Part shown: piece by piece, positions 25,506 to 38,930 of the stretch
Position numbering within the stretch: the first letter of the stretch is position 1
Layout of the letters: each line of letters starts with the position of its first letter
NCBI GenBank assembly: GCA_035084275.1
Contig: CM068761.1
Location: 744,001-808,000 of the forward strand
Length of the DNA stretch: 64,000 nt
Source of the DNA: Hydrolagus colliei
Taxonomy: Eukaryota
Direction: 5' to 3'
Made by a program: the position numbers and the translations under genes
Notes under the pieces: model-generated
Database searches by the model: none
What the model was told of the DNA's origin: nothing
Seen by the model: the letters and a program-made list of their open reading frames with translations, nothing else

Positions 25506-27134
25506 AGGCTGTTGGCGGAGGGCCAGGTGGCCTCGTCGTTGTACTTACACAGCTTTGTGGCCTCGGACTTTCACAGATTGGTGGTGTCCTCGCAACCTGT
25601 TGTCATGAGTGAAATGTGCTGCCAAAACGAAGAGGGTTCTCTTCCCCGCCAGCCGCCTCCACTCCCTGCATGTGTGTGCGAGTGATCTCGGACTGGAAGG
25701 ATTTTAAGCAAGAAATGTCATGATATCCAAACAGTCTACTTGTGTGGGTGGGAGTGATTGCAAAACCCATAGCGGTAACTCTTTATATTTTGCTGGTCTC
25801 TCACTGTCTGGCTCCTCATTGCCCACTGTTAAGTGGGGCCCGTTGCAATGTAGCAGGTTCACAATACTTGTAATGAGCTCAGTTTCCTTTTCGGTATAAC
25901 TCGGTTGATGAAGCCAGGCCCCAGTGTGAAACTGAACCTTCTGGAGAGCCCGCAATCTCAAAAGTGTTAAAAAAAAACTCGTATCTAATTAAATGCGCCA
26001 ACCACAGCTGTCGAATTGGTTGTTTGGGCTGTTGGAGGGCAGGAATTGTGCATTGAGGTCAGTGGCTCACATTTGCTGTAATGGGGCAGACCTACTTGTA
26101 AATTACAATGAGAATATAATAAATTAAATGAAAAATTTAATTAAAAACAATTGTGAGGAAATCTACGTATGAGTGCAGTGTACAAGTTCAAGTACATTTA
26201 CATTGAACTGTTGAGCTACTGTAGCTTTTGAGTTGAGGGCGTGCTTGACAGCTTCTGTTAACTTCAAAGCTAAATCCCACAGCTCCCCTGTGGTACATTA
26301 TTGTTTAATTGCATATGCTGCACTCTGGCACAACAGTGCAATCCAGATGTAGCTTTTTACCTACGGAAAGAATAATGGATTAGGGCATGAAGCGTTTTGT
26401 GTAATTGAGAAGCTTTGACTTGGAGGCTGCTGACAGGCTGCTTGGACACCATTAGCAAACCTGGACAGATTTATGCACCTCTGTCCCCCGCCAGTCAACC
26501 CTGTTTGTACCTCACTGTTCCTCACAGGCCTCTCGATCACATTGCCAATTTAATCAGATGTCATCGATTACAGAGTTTAATAAACAAGAAATTAAACAAT
26601 CGACCAAGCATGCTGCTGAACAGATGGCACAGACATGGGATAAAGCTGAGCCTTGTTGCCTTGATTCCATTTCGAAGATGTGCAACAGTAAACGAGTTGA
26701 GTTTTAGCTCAGAATCCCTTTTTATCCCTCCCTACCACACACGTACTCGTGACCTTGTTTGTCTGGGTCACTGATGTCGAAGGCTGTCTGTCCCGTACCA
26801 AGTTACCTGTACTTGACTCTGTCATTTCCATATCAATGGGTAGAATATCCAATAGCAGGATAACTTAACCTGCTTTTTGTTTAGCCACCTCTTCTCGCTG
26901 ACTAAATAAATGTGTTTATAAAATGCGGGCTGCTTTCACACTTTGAGTGCTAATATTTTATTTGCGCTCTATCGTTCTAAAGGTATGAATCCAGGAACTC
27001 CTTTGTCATTAGCATGCAAAACAGTTGTGGCCTGTATTCAAAATTGTATTTAGAACTGCATTTTACACATTGATCCGCGGAGAACAGTAGAATTAAAAAT
27101 AATCAGCAACTTGAGCGATGTACTGTAGAGATCC

Positions 27135-27566
27135 TTCAGTGATGGTCTGTAGTGGTAGGTAGCTGCCTTGCCATTCTCGGGATCCTAGTTTGAACTTGAA
27201 TATGTTCAGATTTAAATATGGTTCATTTAAGATTTGCCTCATTGAATGAAATGGCAATCGTTGCTAGATTAGAGTTTCCTTTATACGTACGGTTACATGT
27301 GAAATAAACACATTATGTCTAGATCTTGTTCAGAGTCCAGATAAGATGCCGTTTGTGCTTTGCCCAGCCTCCATTGGCAAAGCTGATAGAGCGTCATTGG
27401 TAAAACCCTTCTGTGATCATTTTGCACCTGCTATTGGCTGCCGCATTTCACCCACAAAATATACAGTCAATTAATTCACTTTGCATTATATTCTGTGAAG
27501 CTCCTTGAGATGTCTTAAAGACATGATAAGGCGCTATATCAAATGCAGGGATTATTATTATTATTA
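27135..27566 (+). mobile_element. tRNA-derived SINE with Deu-type 3' end
   Basis: Possible head tggtctgtagtggtagg..tagtttgaac. Clear tail attggctgccgcatttcacccacaaaatatacagtcaatt..ctgtgaag..gagatgtc..aaggcgctatatcaaatgcagggattattatt, shared with 18121, 46690, 54195 and ~45-195. Confidence 0.6.
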
Positions 27567-28329
27567 AAAATGGAAGTCTTTAACAACAAGGAAAGCATGA
27601 GAAAATCTAGTCACTCAGACCTGGGCGAGCCACCGGAGGGAGGAAGCTTAGAAAACAGGTGAGCTCCTCAAGCCACTGGCCACTGTAGAGCGTTCGCAGA
27701 GATCTCAGAGCGGGTTGTCTGACTGCCTTTAGTTTATAAATGGGCATTTGAAAGATCTGGCTTTCCAGTTCGGATATATTAAAAGGTCTAGTTTTCACAT
27801 TTGATCAATGGAGTACAGTTCTCCTGTGATTTCTAAATTATATTTATATTTATTTTGATTTGATACTCTTACAGGATTCCTGGGCTTAATAAGTGCAATG
27901 TACAGAATGCCAGATGCTGATTCATATTTAATGGGTCAGAGGTCAGAAGATTAGTCACCCTGTTGCAAGCCATAAGCCATTCACATCACACAGATATGGT
28001 AGTCTCTTTTGTGTGTTTATTATTTAAGCTAAAACGGGCAAAATTGAATCAATAGTGCCTCTATAATGTTAAGCCTCAATGTTTAGGAATCCGTGCAATT
28101 TTATCTGCCCCGCTTTGGAAAAAGCTTGAAATGTAAGGGAAAGGGAATTTCATCTCCCACAGGAGGAACTTTAACTTGTTTCTTTTTTTAATAACCATTT
28201 TCCTTTGTATGTACCTACACCAAGGAGGTACTGTGCAGTTTAACACTGCTCTTATTGAGAGTGCCCTTCTGTAGAAAGTGGAACGAAAATGGCTACCTTC
28301 TTTCCTCACATAATAAACCTAGGAAACCA

Positions 28330-28505
28330 GAGCCCAAACCCAATGCTTTCACCAAACCTCTTAATATCTCTGTTACCAACTATCTATCTGCCTCTTTTGA
28401 ACATCCCTGTTGATTCTAACTCTGCAGTATTCTAGGGCAGAGTATTCCACAATTTCACAAATCATTGGGATGAACTGCTTGCTGATCTGAGGTTTCATCA
28501 TCTTA
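28330..28505 (-). mobile_element. CR1 3' region, decayed
   Basis: ctatctatctgcctcttttgaacat...ggcagagtattccacaatttcac resembles the reverse CR1 ORF2 end (WNxLP...FK..LD). Confidence 0.5.
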
Positions 28506-30734
28506 GTTCTGATTTCCACCATCAGTCGTTGTGGGATACTGAGGTGTTGCATTGTGTGATTATATGGCATTGCATAAAAAATTGTGCCATGGTTAATTGT
28601 ATAATATGTGATTATTGCTCTCATTTTAGCATTCAGTCACTATATCCCAACCTCAGGCATTCTTTGCCTTGACCCCTCCACATTGTCCCCCTCTCTGTCT
28701 CTTAAAATCCTACCTCTGACATTGTACTCCTTCCCCCATCTCACTTCCAGGACATCACTGAATCGCGCTGAGATTTATCCTATGTTGAGGGTGCTCTATA
28801 AATGATGGAAATGATTTTGTAGTGTTTGTATAGACATGTGAAATATTTCTGAAGTCTATCATAAAATGTCATTAGAAATTCCTGCAAGGGACTAAGTGAA
28901 AGCAAGTTTACTCGTTTATCACAACTGAATTCCTTTCTGCATATTTGTGTTGTGGCATGATTGGATTTAACAAAGGGTGGATGCTACATGGTTTAACAAA
29001 GCCAGGTAGATGTGGGTTTCAGTCTCAGGTCTTGGCTGATGTTTAACATCTGCAGTCCTTACTTGTGAATGATCAATCCTCGTCTCTCAGGTAGAGAGAG
29101 AGAGAGAGAGTATGGCTCGGCAGTACAATATGCTGCCATTGGAAACTGATTGGAGTGGCTTTTTAATGGTCAACAGTGAAGGGTTAGGGTTAGTTGAATA
29201 ATGCCACATGGAAACATGTAGCTCATGGGGAGGGGAAAGAGGAGAGGGGCAAATAAATAGAAAAAGTATGAATTGTGGATAGCGGTCTGTCTGTCACATC
29301 CTCGTGTTAACCCACGTGTGTGATATTCATTCACTGCAAACTGACGAACTGTGAAAATGTGATGACCGGAGGCAACTGATGGCTGAACGGGCGTGAAAAC
29401 GTGATGTGCACGTACACTGCTGAATATTGGGAAACCTCGTGAGACTAGGAGAATTCAGCCTCAGCGGGAAAAACAAGCGAACCTAGGCTCTGTACCGGAA
29501 AAAGTGCCTGGAAAAAAAACGGCAAACGCTGAAATTTCAAAGGAGATGCTTATGTAAAACAGCAGCAGGGGCATGTTTCCCAGGAGTGGTATAGCTCAGT
29601 AAGTCATCAAAACCAGCAAGAGGATAGAAAAACGAGCAATGTTGAAATGTTTTGAACTTAATCTAGGGAATAGGTAGCCTCTGAACTGCCAGCTTACTGT
29701 GAATGTAAACCACATAGACACACAGGATATTTTTCCCAGTTGATCTAATTATAAGATAAAACTAAGCATATATAAAATCAGTTGGAATGCATTAGGTTGA
29801 AGCTTGCAGCTAAAAGTCAGAAAAAGTCTTTAGCTGATTTATGTCTTACTCTGATACACAAGGGTTTGAGGCATGTCAGCAAGTTTACGCTGTTATTTTT
29901 GGATCTAATTTGATTGATTTATTTTCACAGGAGTTTGTGAAAAAAAGCATGTCTGGCTCTGTAAAAATAACCTCTATTTGTATTGCACCCAATTCCTCTT
30001 TAAAACAGGATCTTTGGTATCTAAATTACATGTTTTGTTATAAATGAGATCTATATGAGCATATTGTGTGTTGGACACTTCTTAAACATTAAGGTGGAAT
30101 GCGCAGTATAAAGTTCTTCTTACCTCCCATTTCTTGGCAGCTGCTCATTTGTATCCCAATGGCTCCAAGTTTAGCAAAACAGCAATTAAAATGGAGAGAG
30201 TCCTCCTGTGGCTTTAAGCAAAACCAATGTTCTGAAGCTCTTGTCTAATTTATGTTTCATTCCCAGTGTTTCTCAACGTGCCATAGTGATGATCATGCTT
30301 GTTTACTATAAATCTGCACTTTTAGTATTGAACACCTTGGTGCTTTGTTTATCACTTTGGACACCTCTAGAAACTTTGATCTGTCTGGCAGCATCAAGTT
30401 CTGGAGGTTGTGACCATCTTATGATCTTTACCAGAGATGGGTTTATGATTATTTAGTTTCCTCCCAAATCAATCACTCTATTCTCAGACTGTTTGTTCTG
30501 TTTTCTGTCTCACTTTGGTGTTTCTTCACATTGATGGCCTCCATTTATCATCCAATCCTGTCCACTCTTGCCAATGATTCAACTCTCTATTCATCAGCTT
30601 CTTTCAGATAAGAAATGCTCAGGTCAGATACCCTTCTCTCCACTCTGTATTCACACTTTTCACTCCTCTCTCAATGCAGAAGTACATCACTTATCCTTGA
30701 TGTCTTCCTTGCTCTTGAATGGGCCATAGTGATG

Positions 30735-30905
30735 AACATGCAAACAGAAGTAGACCATTTAGCCGGTTGAGCCTCTTCTGCCAAGAGATCTTTAAGATCA
30801 TGGCTGATCTGTGCCTCAACTCCAATTACCTGCTCTTGCTGCATATCCCTTGATACCCTGACTTAACAGAAATCCATCCTCCTCAGTCCGGATAATTTGA
30901 ATGAT
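30735..30905 (-). mobile_element. CR1-clade LINE 3' end
   Basis: Reverse-complement of the same motif (aagatcatggctgatct..cctcaactcca..catatcccttgataccc). Confidence 0.75.
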
Positions 30906-33654
30906 GTTTCTTCATGTCTCTGGAAACCTAACCACCAGCCACCTCTTCCTGTTCACAGATCCAATGTGAAGCATTTAGCTATTGACATTTTTGATGTCGC
31001 TGACTCCTCTGATCTCGATTGAAATGTTCCCATTTTCTGTTTTGTTAAAGCAAGCTCCAAGAGTGCAGTTTCTTTTTTGTGCATGATCACAGTTGATAAC
31101 ATCATTTGTGTAATTTTATTCCATATTCAAAGAAGCAAGACTAGTATATCTATTCTAGGACTGATGCCAAGCTCCATTCATACACAATTCCATTGAAAGC
31201 AAAGATTTATCTGAATTATCTTGAAATTAATTGCAAACCAGTAGAGAATGGAAGTGTGTCCTGAAATCTGAAGGTTTACACATTGACTGATCTGTGGACC
31301 CATTCTTATGAATTTGACTATTTGGATGTATATTCTATTCTTCATAACATGAAGGACACAAATGATTCACCATTTTGTTTTTCATGCAACAGAAGGGATT
31401 GTGACTTGGCTGCCAGAGTTGAGGAAACCTTACCAAATGCGGGCACAACCTTGTATTTTGCAGAGGCTGTGTTGAAGCTGAGAGCTGTGGAAATGTTATT
31501 ATCATAGGGGGAAAGAAAACGATGTAGCCCACAACGGCAGCTGCAGCCTTGGACTGTGTGGAAAATTAAGGCAGATGATTCAATTTGGCCCTTGCCCCAA
31601 GTACATTTTAAAATGCTTCTGTGTGTGCAGAAGATAATGAACAAATATATTGAGATGGCACAAGATCAGTACTAGTTTAGCTGCTGAGGAGCCTCATTGT
31701 TCCCAGAAGAAGCAGACGAGAAGCTGGGTTAATGGGGGTTAGGGTCTCTCAGTGCGACACCTTTCATAACAACTTAGAGGAAGAATTTGTCTCCTTTTGC
31801 CCCAGGCCTATGTGGCACTCAAATGGAGCGTTTGATAAATGAAAGTGTATTTATTAATAATGAGAGGGAATGTTCGTATGATTTGAAAGCGAAGCGCGGC
31901 ACAGAAATGTGCTTTTCTGACACTGGAGGGAAAATAAATGGAGTAAAGTGTGAAAGTCCATTATGAGCTGAGGCAGGAGGATGTGACAGAGGGAGCAGCA
32001 CGATTTGAAGATTAAACTGTGAGCTTTTCAGATGAAGCCACTTATATCAGGGGCCCTTGACAGTTTGTGAGAGAAGTGAAGCAGTGAAGAGATGATTACA
32101 AGAGAACATGACAGATAACTGCCGTCTTTTCTTGTTGACTTCCTTGGTCTGTTATATAAGGAAAAGCCATCGTGATCTGCATCGTAGAGCTGACACGTTC
32201 CTTCGCTTCAAAGTGTCTCTCATGGGCTTTTCATTCCTCCTTTTCATCACAATCACATGTAAAAGAATTAGAAATCAATTGGTGGTTGCATTTCGAGCCT
32301 CTCATTTTGAATCCTTTGTCCTCTCACTCTGTCTCCCCCACCTGCCTCTTTCCCCCCACCCTTTCCCTCCCCCACCTTTTCACCAGTCCGCTGTCTTTCA
32401 CCCATTCCCTCAACATTCTTGGATTTCAAATGGTCCAAAGTGTAACAATAGCAAACCAATCTTATTCACAACCAGTTTCTTGGTTAAATGAGCAATGTCT
32501 GGACACCCGTTGAGATCTGCGGCGGCCATCTATGTGATCCCAAGGCATTTTCTGTGCTCCACGGATGAGCTGTTTGCTGTTGTTGCATTGTCTCTTGTTC
32601 CGTCTTGTTGCATTATTTAATGCACTGTAATGAATAGCTTAACCTAAGACAACCTCAGAGCAGCACCTGCTTTCGGGTTTCCTGCTCTCGTCACTAACCA
32701 GGAGTCCTGCTGGACGCGCAGGGAAACAGGATGAGGTCAGTGATAGGTATTCTCAAACACCCCCAACTCCATATGGAGCCTCTTGAGACTCTGGCGAGAA
32801 CTGAGGGCTCCAGAGGACTTGTTCCAAACAGCATCTCACGGAGAACGATATCTGGGGGTGGGGGCTGTGATAGTGACGGAGTGGATTGTAGAGTTGACTT
32901 TTTAATTTGTTTCGCTGCTCAGTAACTCCTCCTACCCGAATTGTGACTGGAGCTTGTTAGGGTAATTCGGAATGATTAAGACAGGTCGGTTTGGCTTGCC
33001 AGTGGGTGTGTGGCCTCCTACTGGCAGCCAGCAGGTGGAAAAGAACATGATCTGTCAAATCAGCTGATGACCCTCTTAATTCCAAGTAGTGCGAGCCAGA
33101 GGAACAAGCGGGTTTAATAATTGATACTTACTCTAATAGGTTAATTGCAGTGGTATTCATTCTAATTTGCATTCTTGATCAGCATATCACAGTCAGTATG
33201 ACTTGGGCAGATTTTTTCCTCTTTTTTCTCTGCTTGTTCATTGCAGTGCAGTTAATTGCTGTCATTCCCTGAGTCATCCAAAGCATGTTGATTTAATGAA
33301 TGCTTAGTATGCAGCTCCTGGGGGTTTGAATGTTGCATATGCTGTTTGTTTATGGAGGAAACCTTTCTGGTATAATTGTGGCCAGGTGGCTGCTTACAAC
33401 TATTTATAGAATGATCGAGAGGCAGGAGCGCAAGCACTTTATACGCATTCTCTGCGAACTCCCTATTCCACCTTCTTTGCATGTCGTGCCTTTATTTTGG
33501 CCATTGAGAGAGTAATTGTAAAGTCTGCTAATCAGGCTGCCATTCACAGCTGCCCTCATGGCTGAGATTGGGAACTCACTCTATGGGCTGACATGCTACA
33601 TTACGGTTCCTATTTCTGAATAATAATACTTGCATTTTAATATTAATAATCCTC

Positions 33655-33890
33655 ACCCCTTCCTTCCTTCAAGACCCTCGTCTTCGACTGTGCCTTCGAT
33701 CACCCTCCCCGATCACGCCCCCCTAGCTTGGGTCCGAAACACTGATTGTCCTGCGGTTTGGGACATACTCCCAACGTGAAAGGCGCTATCTATACAAATA
33801 TAATTTTGTTGTCAGAGCTCCGCCGCTGTTAAGCGCTTTGAGACACCGTCTGGCATGGAGGGCACTATATCAGTGCACGTTGTTTGTTGT
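33655..33890 (+). mobile_element. Two tandem L2-type 3' ends just upstream of exon 3
   Basis: ccttcaagaccctcgtcttcgactgtgcc...gtgaaaggcgctat..ttttgttgt, then aagcgctttgagacac..ggagggcactatatc..gttgtttgttg. Confidence 0.65.
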
Positions 33891-34117
33891 TCTCATTTTG
33901 ATTATTCTTCAGTCATTTATTTTTGAACCTTAGTTAGTGTTAGGCAGCAATGTGTAGAAGGAAACGCTTCCCTACCCACAGCTGCCACGTTGGTTTTGGA
34001 GCGATCTCTTTCATCAGCAGTTGTTTTAAATCAGCGAGCTTGTGGCATGCGCTGTTCACTATCAGCCTATATTCTGGCTCTGTCATAACTCCAGTTTCTC
34101 CCTCTCTTGTCATGCAG

Positions 34118-34219
34118 ATGAAGGTTTCTTCCAACCGTAATGGCAGGAACAGCGAGGACGACAGTGTCAGAGAAGCCAACAGTTCACAGCGGAGCAGCTC
34201 CAGAGACAAGCTTAGTGAT
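34118..34219 (+). CDS. FBRSL1: Internal coding exon (exon-3 equivalent) of an AUTS2-family gene, best match fibrosin-like 1; 102 nt, phase 0/0, MKVSSNRNGRNSEDDSVREANSSQRSSSRDKLSD
   Basis: Pyrimidine tract ccagtttctccctctcttgtcatgcAG before 34118 and donor GAT|GTAAGT after 34219. Peptide resembles recalled human FBRSL1 [30 protein letters not shown] and AUTS2 ...HRSSSRERLSD. Joins in frame to the 45730 exon. Confidence 0.9.
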
Positions 34220-36199
34220 GTAAGTACACTCTTCAGAGAAAGAAACTGCACTTGGTGTTCAGCCGTGGTGACAGGCTGCTGGAATTGCTTTGTGAACAAG
34301 GGATTTTGAAGTCAAGAATGGAGATGTTTTTATAAAATGGCATGCAATGCTTCATTCTGCTGTTAGGACAGACACCCCCAACTGCTGGGAATTTTGAGTG
34401 GTGCAGCACTCAAACAGGATTTGCTTATTAAAGGAAAGCAGTTAGGGATCTGCAAAGACCTTGATGTTCAAATGCCATTATCACTGAATAATAAAAACAC
34501 TTATTAGCCGGTTAGTACTGCACATGATAATGAGGTGCAACTAGACAAATCATCCCCTCCCTTTTTGACAGCACTGGTATTTCTAACAGGCTTTGACTGG
34601 CAATATTTCCCGTGAAGACTCTATACTGAATATTTGAAACCATTCCTTATTGTCTCACTGATCATCTACAAAGTGTACAAAAACTCCACACTAACACTGA
34701 CACAGTAATGCCCTTTGTACATGTTGACCAACCATATATACCCGTTGAATAACTCACATATAATGCAAAAGTTTTCGAGGAGGTTTTTGTTAAAATGCTT
34801 TTGTTGTGGTCAAACTCTGAGTTCATTGGCACCTTTTAAGTCTGCATATGGAAGGCTCTCTATTTTTGTTCTGAAGACTTGTTCCGTTTGTATCACCTTC
34901 TGTTTCCTGTCGTACCTTCACAGAGATGGGACAAAATGTCTACACTGAAATTTAACCGTACCTGGCAAACTATTTCTATTCTATTGATTAACTGCTTGCT
35001 CAAACCTATTCAGCATGTCATGCTACCATGAGCTACAACTAGTACAGACCTGTATCGACCCATTGATCTGAATTGACATCAGTTGGATGAGGACCAGGGT
35101 TTTGGTCGATCAGTGAAGCCAGTGAGATGCTAGTGCCCCACCTGCGCTCAGAAAATCCACACTTAGAATTCAAATGGCTCTTAACAGCAACATTGAGCTT
35201 TCCAAAGGAAATGTTTTCATGTTTTTGAAGGACAGAATACAGTTTTTTTAAATATATAAAAAGGCAACAAAATCACCAACCACCACCATTTCCTAAAAAT
35301 GCACGTTAACAGGGAGGGCCCTCAGGACATATTTGAAATCACGTTTCCACTTACCTCACAGCGGGAAAACTACCGCAAACTTCAGGAGCAGTCAATATGC
35401 CGAATTCACTACCGAGGTCCACAACAGAACAAGAAGGCAGCAATTCTATCAACGTCAACTCACACTAAGGAGGTAAGATCCAGCTGTACTGTACGAGGGG
35501 TTTCAGGACAGTGGGTCAATTGAAAGCTGTTGGCCTTCGATTGGCTTGCTTATCCTCAATTCCCTGGTATATTATAGGCAGACAACATTATTTAGTATAA
35601 TTGCATGGAAGGTGTGTACATGTTCACACCACACCTTTACAATAGGATGTTCTAATACACAACTCATGCATGCGCTGCATTCCAGTTATAGTGCACATCT
35701 ACTCGTATCTCATGTACAGATTATTGGGGTTGAACCTGGCAGCTGTAACCTTGCCATCAGGTTAGCCTCCAACTACTAATGCAGGAGATAGGCTTACATT
35801 TAGACTACCATTTGCTAGTCCTAAACAGGTTTGTAGGTTAGGAATTAGGGTATATTTTTAATACCCAGTCAATTAAATTTAAGTCAATAAATGGAGGAGA
35901 TGGATACTGAGGGTGGGGTTACAAACTGTTAATCTGATCCGAGAAATTCAGGCGTCATCAGAGATAGGAAAAGGCATGAATAGTTTACAGATATGAGCCT
36001 CAGAGTTGATTATAGGCACAAAATCAACATCAATAACAAAATTACATTGATAGAGAGCCTCTTGTGTTTAGCAATGTTCCACAACAGCCATGAAATGTTC
36101 AAAAAGTCCCAACATAGGACAACCTGACTGGGTTGATGGTGCTACCATCTGAGACAGGCTAATCATCACCATAAATAACCCTTACATTTGACATGGATC

Positions 36200-36385
36200 C
36201 TACAGATTTGTTAGGAACATCTCAAAGTGCATCACAAAGCTTCTGCAAACAATAGCCAATAGTTATTGACAAACACGGCAGTTAATTTGCCCACTGCAAT
36301 GTCTCCCAAACAGCCGAGTTGGCCAGGACACAGGGAGAAGCTCCCTTCTCTTTTGATCAATAAGTGATAAAGATATTCACTAACT
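36200..36385 (-). mobile_element. DeuSINE-type fragment
   Basis: catctcaaagtgcatcaca..ggcagttaatttgcccac..cccaaacagc..ttggccaggacacagggagaa, the reverse of the Deu 3' half. Confidence 0.55.
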
Positions 36386-38759
36386 TCTTACTGAAACCCA
36401 ACATTTACTGGTGCCTTGGCTCAGTTGCATTCACTGTGTTATAATATAGAACATTAATTTTCTATAAATTCCAGTGAATGAGTTGCATGTTCTTGTAACC
36501 TGCAGACTTGGGAGTTGCAACTTGTGCACTACTTCAGTTGAGAAATGTTATTATTTTGCTATATACACTGGGCATGCAGCTATTAAAACATTGAACCCAG
36601 TGCACCACATTTTACGGTAAATTAACCAACAATATTCTGCAACCTATTGGTCACATATTAGGAATTGAGATTAAAGTATTTTTCATACTTTTCCGTTGAA
36701 AAATGTAATGATAATGGAATATTTTCCAAAATGCACTTTTTTTTTGCCGTTTGGAAGATCGTAAGTGAAGTCATATTTATCTGGAAGCAAATGTGTAATT
36801 TGGGCTGTAAACCTGAATAAAAATCCATCATAAACTGAAAAGTATTCACTTATCAGGAGTGAACAGAAACGTTCCATTATTGAAAGTTAGCACAGTGGTG
36901 TGGAAAGAAAATGGTTTGGGGTTTTCAAATTTGATTTCACAAATATTGTATTGACTTACATGGTAGGAAATCACCACGCTTCCTGCATCATCTATAACTG
37001 CAAAATGCTGCCTTTCCCTGAAAACGCCTTTTAAATCTTCCTATCACATCTCGAGACGCAATCACAGCAGGTTGTAGATTGAAACAAAATTTGCTCAATT
37101 AATGGAACGTTCACATGATAAAAGTGGAAAGTCTTTAACACTGGGAAATTCTTACACATCAAAGTGTTACACAATACATCAGACTACGTCTGTCTCTGTA
37201 AACCGTTGGAGATTCATTCTGCAGTTTTGATGCTGTGAAAATGCTTGAGTGTTTCTTACAGTACATTTCTCAATGTAATTTTATTCCCCATATATTATCT
37301 AAAATAAGTCATTCAGAAAGCGAGCTTTATGCTTAAGTATTTATGATATCAGCACCCCTTGATTGAATTGCCGTTTAATAGCTCCTCCACAGATTTGTTA
37401 GTCTATGTATAATTTATAGCCAATTATTTCATAAAAACTTTGTGTCATCGTAATTTATATATACATGAGTTTGTTAATTTTAAGTTCCAATGCATGTCAG
37501 AGGCAAAGAGAATCACTGTTTGGATCCAGATGGCAGAAACTGTAAAATATTTTTCTTTAAAAATAATGCAACAGAACGATGCCCTCAGAATAGCCTCAAA
37601 CTGGCACTCTCCAGATCTTCGATAGGTAAAAATACCCAGCCAATCTATAAAATAATCGATTGCTGGGAATCAGTCAAAAGCCTGTGCCAAACGTCAGCTT
37701 TCAATCAATATTCATAAACCTTAATCATCACACTTGTCCTTTGTCTCATCTGAGCCGGGTTGGATTGCAGTCTCGTCACTTACTCTCTGGTGTCTCTTAC
37801 TCTGCATAGATGTATTCCACACAATGTTGAATATTCTTAATGCACAGCTTGACCACACAGAATAATATTATATTCACATTTATTCACACTCACCATCGTT
37901 AACTGACAGTTTAAGCAATCAAACCCAATGGCTGACAGTTATTTCACTTCTAATTACAGATTTATTTAATAATGAGCCACAGTTTGCCATTTCACAATCA
38001 GATGTGCAAGGCAGATTAATGTTCGAGTGGTCAAACATGGCAGTTTAAATGAGAGCTTCGTTAAAGCAAGGTGAATTTATGCAATTCCCTCACTGAGGTT
38101 TCAATGTTCACTGAAATATACTTCATAATCAGAAGCAGTCATGAAAACACATCAACCTAACAAAATCCAATTGGACAGTTCATTTAGCTTTCAAATTAAA
38201 AACACTACCTTTCCTTTCGATGTGAAGTATTTTTGATAGGATTCCGAGTGAACATAATATATTGGTTATTATGGCTTTCATTGTCCATTGTGCAGCTAAT
38301 GGCTGAAAAAGACTTGCAGCAAATGTGTTTGGCATCTCAAAGTATTTATTAAAAATGTCAGCCGAAAACTGGATCTGGCAGATAAAAGCAGGGAGCGGGC
38401 TTGACAGTTTTGACAGCAAGAAAATTCTTTGTGCATGTATAGCGTGAGAATTGTATGCAGTAAACACTTCACGCTTGTGAGGATGTGTGTCACTCTGATC
38501 CCCTGCCAGACTGAAGCAGTGCAGGCTGTGGGCACCAAGCACCTGGGGAGGTAGTTTATGTTATTAAAGCTCCTCGGAGAGTTGTTTGGTCACATTTTGG
38601 ATCCGCAGCCAAGGGCTTCAGAGGTTCCAGCAGTATTAATTCCACACATCATAATGTGCCAGGCTGGATTTCCAGTGTAAAAATGAAAAGATTTTACACC
38701 TTGTCACAACAGTGGATCTTAGCCACAGTACAGAGCATCTCCCGTATTGACACCTCGGG

Positions 38760-38930
38760 CAACCTGCGAGCCCCAGGGCTCCGGATGTCGCCAAGAGGCA
38801 GCACACACAAAAGTTGCGTTCATTGAGTTGCGAGACAAAAAAGGAGACTCCGCTGGTGAGTAAGTACGCGAGGCCCGGTTAGAGTTTTTGCAGCGAATTT
38901 TCTGCACAAAGCCCCGCCCGAGTCCCCAAA
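38760..38930 (+). promoter_or_regulatory. Small CpG-containing patch with CTCF-like motif and GC box
   Basis: TCGCCAAGAGGCAGCA (38788-38803), GCCCCGCCC (~38911), CTG|GTGAGT (~38853-38861). Confidence 0.35.

Noticed and set aside
32865-32890. CDSDG peptide resembling the CDSES/CDSDS exon 5 of the family
   Set aside because: It lies upstream of exon 3 (wrong order) and has no splice sites.
33940-34309. 119-aa ORFs on both strands over exon 3
   Set aside because: The plus ORF is the real 102-nt exon plus read-through into intron; the minus ORF is its antisense shadow.
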